In this document: positions 39,481-52,744 of the stretch, in pieces | Numbering within the stretch: the first letter of the stretch is position 1 | Layout of the letters: each line of letters opens with the position of its first letter | Assembly: GCA_051313645.2 (NCBI GenBank) | Contig: JBNRSN020000524.1 | Span: 186,001-250,000 of the forward strand | Reading direction: 5' to 3' | Length of the DNA stretch: 64,000 nucleotides | From: Centroscyllium fabricii | Taxonomy: Eukaryota | The notes under the pieces: model-generated | Databases searched by the model: none | What the model saw: only the letters and a program-made list of their open reading frames with translations | What the model was told of the DNA's origin: nothing | Program-made: the position numbers and the translations under genes

Positions 39481-42400
39481 TGATAGTGTCCATATTTATG
39501 TCAGTGATTTTTGTGCTCCAATAATGAATGGAATGGGCCAGAAATTCCCCTGGAGCCTTTGTGCGGGTGCAGTGCTGCTAGTTGCACTTACCCAGCACAT
39601 CTGCCGTTTTGCTTTTTTGCACTGTTACTTTCCGAGTTGCCCAGCTTGTCAAAGCTCTGTGAGCTTCATGGGCAACTGAACGGCGTAATTAGTTCGAGAT
39701 CTCTTTTGAGACCACGGTTCCCTGCCAATCAGTGGAAGCAATCCTCCATTTAAAACTTCCACGGAGAAATCTAAGTTTTGAAAGGATAGATGTTCCAAAA
39801 CACATCTAAACTCAAATAAAATTTTAAAAACACCACATCTTTTTAGCAGTACTCCAACTAACATAAATGACCTATTTTAAAGAAAAAATAAAAAATTAGA
39901 TTTTTTTTTACTCACTTTAACATGCCTAAAAAAATACCTACCTGTCTTTAAAGTTAACAAAAATTATAACCCTGAAAGAACAACACTTAATCAATAAAAT
40001 GAAGACTTACCTGCTAAACGGGTGCTTACGACTCCTTTTTCCAAGCGTAGAATCTTCTGTGCTTGGTCCGATGAAAATCTTTGAGAAAAAACGGAATGTT
40101 GGGAACTCTGCCCCCCCTGCTGGCCGCCTACGGAAAGCATGAAGCAGCGCAAACGGCTGCTTCATGCGAGTTTAAGCTCTGGTGCGCTCGCACCAGAGCT
40201 CACGTGATATGCGCGGCTCGGAAATACCGGGCCAATATATTTCGGACACTAGATTTCCAATTCTATATAGAAGTAGTGATACCTTCCAAAGGGTGTATTG
40301 AAGGTTCACAAGTGTCGTTAAGGTGCAGTTGCCAAAATTCACTGTCTAATTTGGAAAACACTACAGCTTCAGCAAACTGATAAAATTACCTCCACAAGAG
40401 GAAATTGTATTTGTGGTCTTCTGTACTGCTTTGTTCAGATTATGTGGATCAAGAAACACGAGTATCAATCCATTTGGTTTGAAAGCTAACCTCTTTAGTG
40501 AGCTCATCAACTCTTGTAACCATGCCAAGTGATTCCATGTGCTTTTAATTCTGTTTGAAGTTTAGTTTTCAGGGCAAGATTCAACTACTACTGGCTAACA
40601 ATTTGATGCTATATTCTTCAGGCAAATTACCAAGAGCTTGTAACATTATTATACTCTGAACACTAACTCGGGTTTCTGTTTCCTTAAATATGGCCAACAC
40701 TCACTTGACAACAACATTCCTTGAGTCCTAACATAGTTTGAAATTAATGAAGGTCGCGATGAACAATGCATTATGTTCCTGTGTTTTGTGCTTCACTGTC
40801 ATTATACATTGTCCCATTAAAGGTTTGTAAATACCACAAAGCTTTGTTTAATTGTTATAGGCCTTGGCTTTTTTTCCTAAGCTGTCTTGGCTCTTGTATT
40901 TTATTGTTAACAATAGATCCTGTAGCAAGGGTTTGACACATGATTGACGTTTGCTACTGCATGCATCCATAACAACTTGCATTTCACAATTGATTAAATC
41001 AACATCCAGAGAATGTACTTTGACACAGATTGCAATTTGCACAACTAAATGGACATTTCTTCCCAAATTGTTTGCAGTTTTTGTATCGTGCTGGGCAAAG
41101 GATTAATGGTCCAAACCACTGATTTACGGGCACAACTTTCAAAGAAACACTTGATTTTTAAATTTTGGTACCTAGATTTTGACAGCACCATTTTTTCTTC
41201 CTTGAAGCTTTACAACTATAACTTGAGATCTTCACTGCTCTACAAACATTTGCTGTTTTTTTGAGATATTAAATCAGTATCTGAATAATCTCTCTGACTG
41301 TCTAAGATAAGATCAGGCGCAATCTTGTCATTGATCAAAGCATCACACAAATGCTCCAAACTTGCTTGAGTCTTAATTACCTCAAACTAAACTTTGGGAG
41401 ATCTGAAGCATCAAACTCCATTCTGACACCACTGAATTCACCCCTTGCTCTGTCTGAGGTTGAACCAGACAACCTGTTCAGTTTCCAACCCATATCATTA
41501 TCACAAAGACTGCATATTTTCACATTGCCTGCCTCCTCCCTTGTGCTTTATCTGCCACTAAACCCTCATCCATTTTTTGTCACTTCCAGACTCCACTCCA
41601 ATTGCTGGTCTCCTCCTCCTCCTCCACAGATGCCAGCTTATTCCAAATTCTGCTGATCTCCTATTCCACACAACGCTCACCCACCAATGCTGTCCTTGCT
41701 CTCCTACAATGTCTCCTGCTTCTCTATGTAGTGTGGTTCCTTCCATAATTCTTGCACTTTATTTCAAGCCACATTGCTGCCAAATTACCCATTTGTTTGC
41801 AATACTGACATGGTTTGGGCATTCCTTGCTACATAAACTACAGGTTACTTTAGGCTAATGTCATTAGTGGGTAAAATAATGGACATTTAGTTGAGTAGCC
41901 AGCTGGTTATGTACCTATAAAACGTTTAATAAAACAAACAGCATGGATTGAATAGGGAAGATCCTGCTTGATAACTACAAATAAAGTAATATAGCACTAC
42001 TTCCTATGGTGAATTTATTAGGGCCTCTAGAAGGCTGCAAATAACGCAATTAAACAAAGAGAATCCACGGTAAACTATTGGGAGTGGATAAGCAATTCGG
42101 ATTATAATGTGAAATGGAGTGCACTCCACATGTAGAGGGGAGGGAGGGAGGTTCCAGTGGAGGAGCAGAGATTAATACTTGGGCCTCTGTTGTTTACATA
42201 AATTGAGGCAACATGTGCAATGACCTTAGACTGGAAAGGGAAGTTAGAGATTGGGTGGCAGTTGGAGAATGGATGGGTTGAGGGTAGACCTTTTTTGAGA
42301 AGATAACAGCTGGAGAGCGGATAGAAAGCGAGTTTAAAATACTGGCCGATATGGGGCCAGGAGGGGTAGTTGATGGGGAAGGGAATCATGGCTCAGATGA

Positions 42401-44887
42401 ACTTTGAGACAACACAAAGCAATATTTTTTTCCAGGTGCATCGAGATCCTCATGAGCGCTTCACTCTAGTTATATGTACAGTTTTTACTTGCTCATGCAA
42501 TAGTTGCATAAGGAAAATACACACAATGGTTCTTTGCTTATTTTTCACAAAGTTGCAGAAGACTCGTTAGTTGACAGCAGTTCATACCTGAAATTGTTAA
42601 TCAAATAATCTAAACTCAAATGCTTCTTGAAATCGAGTCTAAAAAGCTTTGCCCTCCTTTAACATGGTAAGGATGGTGTTGAGGAATAAAGTGGCAGATC
42701 CCCATTTTGCCTGAGATTAACATCTTCACATGTGAAGTCTCTTTAGGTCCAGGTGGCTCCAAGATGACACACCTGGCAATGGAAGTTCAGAGTCAATGCG
42801 CTCAGGCCAATTCAGCAATTGGATATCAGAACCAGCCCACTGTTGATGATTAATCAGCCAGCCTAATGGAATCTGGAGGGGTAGGCCTGTCATAATGATG
42901 GTGGTTCCAGATCAGCCTACATGTCCTAATGGGTAGGGTGGTCCTAGCCAAACCAACAGCCAGAGCCTTGCCTGCACTCTAATAGCAAGCTGTGTGCAGG
43001 TTTAACAGGTTAAACTCCAGCTGTATGCCTGTGCAGTGAACCATGGCTCATTGGTAACATTCCCGCCTCCGAGTCAAAGTTATGGGTTTGAGCCCCATTT
43101 CAGCCAATCCGATGCGCAGACACAAGTGTTTGAATACTGGCTCAGTTGGGAAATGCCACCAAGCAATACAGGTCAGGAAAAAGGTTAAATGGTTTGGATC
43201 CCTGCTCTATGCACCTTAAGCCAGGATGGCAGTGGGTCAGTACAATTATCTTGGCATCCCTGGACTAAGGGAAAATTGGTCCGGGGCTTCGGTTTCTTAT
43301 TGCTTATTGCTCTCCAGCATTTGTCAGGCTATAGCCTCAGGAGTGAGGATCCTGAGGTTCCTTCTGAAAATTGTGTGTGTGCATGTTCATCTTTCAGTCA
43401 TCAATTCTGATGATGGGTTACACATACAAAACATTGCAACCTAGTTCTTCTGTTTCCAGATGCTGAGTCACATGCTGTGTATCTTCAGCATTTTGGTGTG
43501 TTTTTTTGAGTTCCAGCATTTGCAATTTTTTCTTTTTATAATGGCAGTATTTACTGTGCAGCAGTATCCAATATTACAGGTGTTACATTTTTTAATATTT
43601 CACAAGTTTTGAAGTTGTACAGTACATTCAAATCCATCATTTATCCCTACAAGACATTTAACCACACTATTGTATGAAGACTTGAGATACAAATGTCATA
43701 CAATAGCATAATATCTATAATCAAACATTAAACAAGTTGGATAACATCACATGCACTGGCACATTAATAGACAGAGCTTCCAAAATAGCAGATTTCATAC
43801 ATGAGTGCTCACTGGGGTCCCTTGTGTGCATGACAATGAATGTTATAAAATAATATTTCCAGTTGTTTAGAAAATCATAATAGAAGGGTCTAAATGAACA
43901 TAAGAATTTTAGGAAATGAAGCAATCTTGATCTTATGTAGATTTTTAGCACCTATTTATGCATTCTAAACTCAAATCCTCTTAGTGTACAAAGCACAGAA
44001 AAATGCCATGCATGAAGGATTATACACCACTGATTGATGCTAGATTAATCCCTCATACAGGCCATCATCAGCTTCGACAGAAGCCATGAGTGAAATGGAC
44101 AAAAGCAGTTCTGAGATAAAGCGTGTGTTGTGTATAAAGTCAATGCATGCCACAAACAGTTGTTTACTCTCAAAATGCAATGAGAATTTTGCTACTAAAA
44201 AGAAAAGGGATGATTTTCAATATAACCTGAATTTAAATTAAAGATCATAGGAACACTGGAAACCAGGTTCTCCGTGGGAATGCCAAACACATTGATTATA
44301 CAAACAAAATGTTAAGCATTATTATTTGTAATGGATAATAAAAGATAACAGTGGGTATAATGAGATTTGAATTCACAATGAATACATTCTGTCCATTATG
44401 AACTCTGTTTATATCACAAGTGAAAAATATTTATTATTTTGAATGTGGAACCAAACATTGAAAAATAAATTTTTTGTGGCTATGGGGAGCAATTACTGAT
44501 TGAAATCTGAGGTAATTCAACTGCAGCAAAATAATAAAATGATAATCAATGGTTTGTATTTCCACACCTACATTATAAAAGATTACATAAGAATAACCAT
44601 CATTTGCAATGCCCATGATGCACATAAAAGAATATGGAATAGGCCTGCCCTTGATCAAAATACGAAAAGCAATGGAATGATCAGATTAAAACATCTCTAT
44701 TCATCCTTTGGAAGTGTGGAAACCCCTTTCTGCATTACTTGTTTCATGATACTGATTAGACAAGGGAAACAGTTGGATACCTTTTACGAGATCAACACAA
44801 CAGTAATTAAAAGGCATCGCACTTACTTTGTCTAGATAACTTATTTTAAAATAATTACTAATTCTCATATACCAACATAATGTCATT

Positions 44888-44938
44888 TCACACTAGACCA
44901 AAGTGTACCACTGTCAAAGTGCTGCTGTTTCCATGTCC
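44888..44938 (-). CDS. WDPCP: WDPCP terminal coding exon
   Basis: ttcctctgcag acceptor; GHGNSSTLTVVHFGLV*; HFGLV is the WDPCP/Fritz C-terminus; convergent with OTX1 as in other vertebrates. Confidence 0.92.
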   Translation of the reverse strand, partial: GHGNSSTLTVVHFGLV

Positions 44939-46626
44939 CTGCAGAGGAAGAACATGTTTTTAATAAGCATGAAAATTACATAGTAACTAATTATAAATTA
45001 TGATGTGGAGGTGCTGGTGTTGGACTGGGGTGGACAATTTGTGAGAAGTCTCACAACACCAGGTTATAGTCCAACAGTTTTATTTGAAATAACAAGCTTT
45101 TGGAGCGCAGCTCCTTCATTAGGTGCATGTAAAGAGATTCATTTAAACACAGCATATATATATATAGCGGGAGAGAACAATGTAGTCTCTCCAACTGTTC
45201 AACATCACACCTCAGCAAAGAGACATCAAAGGTGTTCTAACATATCAGTCAGGCATCAGCCTGAGATCAATGAGGTGCAGTCACAAAGGGTCAAATGTTG
45301 CAGTCTGGTGTCTGTGAAAACCCACAATGATTATTTTTTTAAAAAGGGGTTTTCTTACTGGAAATCGCAGCCGTATCCGCGTAGTGAGAACAAGCCAAAG
45401 ACGACTCGAGTCTGAATGAGACTACGTCAGGCGGGGTCACGTAGCGCAACATGAAGCCAATATCACGGTTGAGGCCGTGCTCATGGGTGCGGAACTTGGC
45501 TAACAGCACTGCTCGACGATTTTGCGTTGTCGTGTGTCTCGAAAGCCACTTTGGAGAATGCTTACCCGAAGATCGGAGGCTGAATGTCCTGGACTGCTGA
45601 AGTGTTCCCCGACTGGGAGGGAACACTCCTGCCTGGCGATTGTTGTGTGGTGTCCATTCATCCGTTGTCGCAGTGTCTGCATTGGTCTCGCCGATGTACC
45701 ATGCTCCGGGGCCTGCAACATCTCGGGTAGACAACGTTGGTCGAGTCACATGAGTATGTACCATGTACCTGGGTGTGTGGTGTCCTCGTGTGATGATGGT
45801 ATCTGTGTTGATCTGGCACGTCTTGCAGAGGTTGGCGTGACAGAGTTGTATGGTGTCATGGTCGCTGTTCTCATGAAAGCTGGGTAATTTGCTGCGAATG
45901 ATGGTCTATTTGAGGTTAGGCGGCTGTTTGAAGGCGAGTAGTGGAGGCGTGTGGATGGCCTTAGCAAGGTGTTTGTTGTCATTGATGACATGTTGAAGGC
46001 TGTGAAGAACTTCCCCGGAGCGGAGAAACTACGCCATGTTCTTCGCAGCCTTCAACATGTCATCGATGACGACGAACACCTCGCTAAGGCCATCCCCACG
46101 CCTCCACTACTCGCCTTCAAACAGCCGCCTAACCTCAAACTGTTGAGTCCGTGCTATGTGTCTCATATAACAACGGACTAGACTCCAAGGTATAAAACAA
46201 GGAGGTGTTTATTCTACAATTAGAGTATGGAACTGAGCATATCGCTCCACGTACGAACTTATATACACTTGTGGTAGACCGCGGTACTGCAGTATTACGG
46301 CACTACACAAAGTAGTGCCCAGTAGAATTACTTAAAGGCACATACACAACATTCCTCCCCTCTTAATTTACCTTTACGGTTACAATGCTTCACAATACGA
46401 GGGAAATAACAATTAACGATTTTTACAACAGTAGTATACATACATGTTCTAGTTATGTTTGTCTCTTACAACAATTTTCGATACCATTCTATTCATTATA
46501 ACATTTTTACCAATTTTAATGATTTCTAGTTTTTCTACGATGGTGTTGTTTCTTTGCTTTCGCGGTCGGCTCCTTGACCTGATAGCTTTACTCCTCAGCT
46601 GTCCCAAACAACAACCCCAGCTTCCC

Positions 46627-46688
46627 AGTGGTGCAGGCTCGACGGACCGAATGGTCTACTCCTGCACCTATTTTCTATGTTTCTATGT
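46627..46688 (+). mobile_element. 62-bp SINE/CR1 tail fragment inserted at the end of the coiled-coil ORF
   Basis: caggctcgacggaccgaatggtctactcctgcacc...ctatgtttctatgt; 5-bp TSD ttccc (46622-46626 / 46689-46693). Confidence 0.85.
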
Positions 46689-47203
46689 TTCCCGAGTTCA
46701 GCATTCACACAGTCGAGTTTCATTTCAACCTCAACTTTACCTTCCAACAATAGCACTTTCTCCTGCTCCATTACAGCGAGTTCCTCCTGAAGTCCATCAA
46801 CCTCTTCAATTGACTGTTTAAAAAGGTTCTGCACTACTAGCAGGTTCTTTTCAGTCTCTTGCTGCTTGACTATTGCAACCAAGCACTTTTCTTCCATGTC
46901 AGTGGAGAGCTGCTCCAACTTGCTCTCATAGTCAGTTACTTTGGAGCTCAGCTGTATATGAAGATCCTTAATTTGTTCCTTGGCCTCATCCAAATAATCT
47001 TGCAGTACTTTGTTCTTTTCACGCAACTCCTGTGTCAGAGCATGAAGTTTGTCCATTTCTTTGTCCCGATCCTGGTGCATCTCCTCCAGTGACTCATTTC
47101 TGTCCTGCAATGCAGCCACTGTAGCTTTGGAGGTTTGTAGCTCAGCTTGCAGAAATTTCACTTGACCTTTGAAACGAATCTGGAGACAACTGATCTCCTT
47201 ATC
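46689..47203 (-). pseudogene. Intronless coiled-coil coding segment, HMMR/RHAMM-like, carried inside the LTR element
   Basis: open frame DKEISCLQIRFKGQVKFLQAELQTSKATVAALQDRNESLEEMHQDRDKEMDKLHALTQELREKNKVLQDYLDEAKEQIKDL...; resembles teleost HMMR as I recall it (not searched). Confidence 0.6.
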
Positions 47204-50038
47204 CCAGTCTTATTCAATTCAAGTTTGTGTATTTCTGAAGTAGAGCCACCATCAGGGACTGAACAACTTTCTGAAACAGCAGTCCTATTGGAAATCACAG
47301 GAAGGTTATTTAGAAGACCTTTCTTTTTATTAACGTTCTTCCCAGATTTAGAGTCGACTACTGGGCTCTGAGTACTGTTAGTTAAGTCCTTGCAGCCCCT
47401 TTGTGTGTCTGGGGTGCTTGCCGGTATCCGTGATGGAGGTGCGTAACTCAGTTCAGCACCATAAGGCAACGTGCCATCTTTTGGTTCAGCCACTTCAGCA
47501 CCAATGGTCACGTTACTCAAAGTCTCTCCTTCAGTTGTCTGAAGTGCTCCGTTCAAGCGTGATCGGTTGTGTTGATACTCCCACTCACTTTGTGCAGTCC
47601 GCAACAATTCAATTTGGCCTCGGGCTTCCTGCAGCCTGAGTCAGACGGGAAATATGCATCTGGTGTATATCCAGTCTGTCTGACGTGGCTGCATCATTTT
47701 CCTCAACCTCTATGTGTAAGTCATGGATCGAGTTCCAACCGATATGGAGCTTTTTTATCCATTCACGCCCCAGGAGTGGTGATCCCCCGCTCTTGGAAAC
47801 ATACAGGTACAGTACCTTTACTTTTGTGTCCTTATATTGGACTGTTACGGGCAGTCTCCCCATTTTTCGGAACTTCTGTCCTGTATATGTTTTTAATATA
47901 ACCGGGGATTCTTCTAAAGGCACCCCTCTGAATGCCTTTCTGTAAACCTTTTCATTGATAACGGAGAGGGCTGACCCCGTATCTAATTCCATTAACATCT
48001 CAACCCCCGCAACCTTGAGGGGAACCCACATACTACTGCGGTCTGTGGAATTGACCATATCGTGGACTTTGAGACTTCCAAGACCCCATTCTTCTCTATT
48101 TGAATTTTCTGATTCGTCACCCTAACCATCTTCAGAGAGTTTGTGTACCTTCTTAGACCTGGTCTGTTTCTGTAATATTGTAGTTAGCTTCCCAGATCTG
48201 CAAACCGCCGCTATATGGCCTATCTTGCCGCACTGTCGACAATCCTTATCTTTAGCCCAACACTTACTCTGGTCGTGTGTGGTCTTTCCGCAGCGGTAGC
48301 ACTTTTTAGTGCGGGTTGTAATTTCATGGGTATCGTAGTCGATCCCCTTGTTCCTTATCTCTGTTGCCCCCACAGCAGCTGCCTCGTATGCTGCAGCGAT
48401 TTCTATCGCCTGCTTTAGCGTGAGCGTCTTTTTGGCCAATAGTCTCTTTTGGGTAGATTCATCCAAAATTCCACACACAAGTGTGTCCCTTAAGTAGTTT
48501 GGCAGTTGATCCCCAAATACAGTTTTTAGATAGTCTTCTGAGTTCCGTTAAGTACTCTGACTGTGACTCTCCTTTTTGTTGGTCCCGTTTAAAGAACTTG
48601 AAGCGTTCTGCTATAAATGATGGTTTGGGGTTTAAGTTTGCTTTTAAAATGTCTATAATCTGTTGTAGTGTTTTGTCCACTGGCTTATCTGGGGGCACCA
48701 GAGTTCTCAACAACCCGTAAGTTTCAGACCCCATTGCATTCAGTAGGGTGCTGGCTTTGTTTGCATCAGTGACTGCCTGTACTTGGCAATAAATGTCAAA
48801 GCGTTCTAGGTATGCCTCCCAGTCTTCCTTTTCTAGTTGGAAGGCCCCGAATGTGTCTGATTTTGCCATGGTTAAGTTTCCCAATGGCGTCCAAAATGGC
48901 GTCTTTTCCCGCCTTTTTGCTTCTCTTCTGGCACTTTTCCCGTCTCAAAATGCCGTTTTCCCGCCTTTTTCTGTCCTTTTCCGATTACCTGCGATCGCTG
49001 GAAGGATTGCGCTCTACCTGGATTCTCCCGTTGTCCTGTGGCTGGAGGACCAAACCTGATCCTCGACAGCCTCCGTGCACGACTGCCTCCACCGCGCTGG
49101 CTGTTCAGCGCTCCGCTGTCGACGTCCGACTGCCGCCGCTGATGGTTGCCCCTGCGGCCGACGCCCGATATCTGACTGCCGCTGCAGCACCGGCCCTGCC
49201 CCCGTGGCCGACGTCAGACTGCTGCTGTAGCACTAGCCCTACCCCGAGGTTGACGTCCAATGTCTGACTGCCGTTGCTGGGCTGGGTCCCCGAGTTCTGC
49301 TGCCTCCAGCCGTCGACGTTATTGCCAACGCTCCTCCCCGCAATGTTGAAGAGCTGGTTCTGCGGCCTACCTGCCGTTGCCGGGCTGGGTCCCCGATTTC
49401 TGCTGCCTCCTGCCGTCGACGCTATTGCCAACGCTCCTCCCTGCGATGTTGAAGAGCTGGCTGTGCTGCTAGTGCCAACGCCACTCCCGATGTTGGAGTG
49501 CTGGCTGTCTCTGTTCCCTCTGCGTCACTGGACAATCGCTGCCGCTCCCTCTTTTGGAGTGCAGGGTGTGTCGTTGTAGTCGATGGTCGCCGGTAAGAAA
49601 AAAATTCTCTCTCTTTTTCTTGTAAACCGCTTACACAGCTGTGGATTCGACCGACCTCATCGCATTGTTGTGTCCATGCTATGTGTCTCATATAACAACG
49701 GACTAGACTCCAAGGTATAAAACAAGGAGGTGTTTATTCTACAATTACAGAGTATGGAACTGAGCATATCGCTCCACGTACGAACTTATATACACTTGTG
49801 GTAGACCGCGGTACTGCAGTATTACGGCACTACACAAATTAGTGCCCAGTAGAATTACTTAAAGGCACATACACAACACAAATAGACCATCGTTCGCAGC
49901 AAATTACCCAGCTTTCACGAACAGCGACCACGACACCACACAACCCTGCCACGGCAACCTCTGCAAGACGTGCCAGATCATTAGCACAGATACCATCATC
50001 ACACATGAGGACACCACACACCAGGTACATGGTACATA

Positions 50039-50423
50039 GAAACTAGGAGCAGGAGTAGGCCATTCGGCCCTTCGAGCCTGCTCCGCCAATCAATGAGATC
50101 ATGGCTGATCATCCAAACCCCGCCCCTGCCCTCTCCCCATATCCCTCGATCCCTATCGAGCCTGCATCAACACATATCCCACCCTATCCCCGTAACCCCA
50201 CATATTCAATCCCCCTAACACTAAGGGTCAATTTATCATGGCCAATCAACCTAACCCGCACATCTTTGGACTGTGGGAGGAAACCGGAGCACCCGGAGGA
50301 AACCCACGCAGACACGGGGAGAATGTGTGGAGTTTGCACAGATAGTACCCGAGGCTGGATTTGAACCCGGGTCTCCAGTGCTGTGAGACAACAGTGCTAA
50401 CCGCTGTGCCACCGTGCCGCCCA
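50039..50423 (-). mobile_element. V-SINE (HE1-like) inserted in the Penelope arm
   Basis: reverse complement of the 1869-2259 family; TSD tacata (50033-50038 / 50424-50429). Confidence 0.92.
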
Positions 50424-51042
50424 TACATACTCATGTGACTCGACCAACGTTGTCTACCTCATACGTTGCAGGAAAGGATGCCCCGGAGCATGGTACATCG
50501 GCGAGACCATGCAGACACTACGACAACGGATGAACAGACACCGCGCAACAATCGCCAGGCAGGAGTGTTCCCTCCCAGTCGGGGAACACTTCAGCAGTCA
50601 AGGACATTCAGCCTCCGATCTTCGGGTAAGCATTCTCCAAGGTGGCCTTCGAGACACACGACAACGCAAAATCATCGAGCAGAGGCTGATAGCCAAGTTC
50701 CGTACCCATGAGCACAGCCTCAACCGTGATATTGGCTTCATGTCACGCTACATGTGACCCCGCCTGACGTAGAGTCATTCAGGCTCGAGTCGTCTTTGGC
50801 TTGTTCTCACTACGCGGATACGGCTGCGATTTCCAGTAAGAAAAACCCTTTTTTTTAAATCAGTGGGTTTTCACATAGACACCAGACTGCAACATTTGAC
50901 CCTTTGTGACTGCACCTCATTGATCTCAGGCTGATGCCTGACTGATATGTTAGAATCCCTTTGATTGCTTTGATGTCTCTTTGCTGAGGTGTGATGTTGA
51001 ACAGTTGGAGAGACTACATTGTTCTCTCCCGCTATATATATG

Positions 51043-51078
51043 CACCTGATGAAGGAGCTGTGCTCCGAAAGCTTGTGA
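51043..51078 (+). ncRNA. Minimal type I hammerhead ribozyme in Penelope terminal repeat
   Basis: cac-CTGATGA-a-ggagc/gctcc stem II-GAAA-gctt-gtg; palindromic aagctt stem III typical of dimeric PLE hammerheads. Confidence 0.75.
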
Positions 51079-51387
51079 TTTCAAATAAAACTGTTGGATT
51101 ATAACCTGGTGTTGTGTGACTTCTTACAATTATAAATTAGTTTGAGATTATTATTTCATAGAATCACAGAATGGTTACAGCACAGAAGGAGGCCATTCGG
51201 CCTGTTGAGCCCATGCTAGCTGCTAAAGCAAAATGTTAATGAGGAAATGCTCGAATAATCCACATTGTTCACTTACTTGTACTGAATCTAATACACAGAT
51301 ACTGGTTTAAGAATAGTAGCTTCAGTAGAACTCCAGCCTAAATCACTTAATTTAGTACAAACATTTGAAGCCATACAACCAGCTTTA

Positions 51388-52744
51388 TGCCCCGGTTTCA
51401 CTGGAGGCTACGAATTGCCGAATCGTGCCGATTGTGAAATTTGTCCGATTCGTGGGTAATTCTTGCGATTCGTAGTGGATTCGTAGTGGATTCGTAGCGG
51501 ATTCGTAGAGTTCGCGGAAGTTCGCGAGATTTCTTTGAGGTTTCAAGAAAGTTTTTGTTTGTCAAAAAATTTCGTGGGAGGGTTCACGAATGCCCAATTC
51601 GTGATAGATTCCTAAACAATTCGTGACCCTTTCTTATCGTTCTTAACCCTTTCTTACCGTTCTTAACTGATTTGTAGTGGATTCGTAGTGCATTCTTGCC
51701 TATTCTTGGGCATTCTTGATTTTCTCAAATTCGTGGAAAAACGCCGAATTCATCACGAATGTCCACGAATGTCCACGAATGTCCACGAATGCACTACGAA
51801 TGCAATTCGTAGATAATTCGTAGAATTCGTAACTAAATCGTGGAGGTCGTAGTGGATTCGTTAATTAATTCTTCATATTCGTGAGTGATTCGTACCTCAT
51901 TCCTACAATAATTCGTGATAGATTCTTAACCTTGTCCAGAATCGCCAAGAATTCACCAAGAATCGCCAAGAATCAACCACGAATTTTCGCATTTTTTGCA
52001 GAATCGCCAAGAATTTCGATTCCTGACGATTCTTGATATTCTTGACATTCTTAGCCTCCAGTGAAACTGGGGCATAATGCCCCAGTTTCACTGGAGGCTA
52101 AGAATGTCAAGAATATCAAGAATCGTCAGGAATCGAAATTCTTGGCGATTCTGCAAAAAATGCGAAAATTCGTGGTTGATTCTTGGCGATTCTTGGTGAA
52201 TTCTTGGCGATTCTGGACAAGGTTAAGAATCTATCACGAATTATTGTAGGAATGAGGTACGAATCACTCACGAATATGAAGAATTAATTTACGAATCCAC
52301 TACGACCTCCACGATTAAGTTACGAATTCTACGAATTAGCTACGAATTATCTACGAATTGCATTCGTAGTGCATTCGTGGACATTCGTGATGAATTCGGC
52401 GTTTTTCCACGAATTTGAGAAAATCAAGAATGCCCAAGAATAGGCAAGAATGCACTACGAATCCACTACGAATCAGTTACGAACGGTAAGAAAGGGTCAC
52501 GAACGGTAAGAAAGGGTCACGAATTGTTTAGGAATCTATCACGAATTGGACATTCGTGAACCCTCCCACGAAATTTTTTGCCAAACAAAAACTTTCTTGA
52601 AACCTCAAAGAAATCACGCGAACTTCCGCGAACTCTACGAATCCACTACGAATCCACTACGAATTGCAAGAATTACCCACGAATCGGACAAATTTCACAA
52701 TCGGCACGATTCGGTAATTCGTAGCCTCCAGTGAAACCGGGGCA
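51388..52744. mobile_element. Inverted dimer of a non-autonomous TIR element (PIF/Harbinger-like)
   Basis: units 51388-52074 and 52078-52744, each bounded by TIR tgcccc(g/a)gtttcactggaggcta; flanked by TTA / TAA / TAA trinucleotides; interior built of acgaat/aagaat repeats. Confidence 0.85.

Larger units (their letters stand above)
46141..49878 (-). mobile_element. Non-autonomous Mag-type Gypsy LTR element: gag + protease + coiled-coil, no RT/RH/IN
   Basis: LTRs 46141-46351 and 49666-49878 (TGT...ACA), 5-bp TSD caaac/caaat, PPT aagaggggaggaa, degenerate tRNA-Ser-like PBS, Gag EDWEAYLERF, two CCHC knuckles, protease LDTGS. Confidence 0.93.
45001..51130. mobile_element. Penelope-like element insertion as two inverted truncated copies (host of nested LTR element and SINE)
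   Basis: left arm 45001-~46003 (-) and right arm ~46004-46140 + 49884-51130 (+); GIY-YIG motif NVVYLIRC...WYIGET...RQRMNRH at 50446-50757; flanking direct repeat aattataaatta (44989-45000 / 51128-51139). Confidence 0.92.

Noticed and set aside
51903-52249. Two identical 62-aa ORFs on opposite strands
   Set aside because: Consequence of the DNA palindrome; GTG start, no domain
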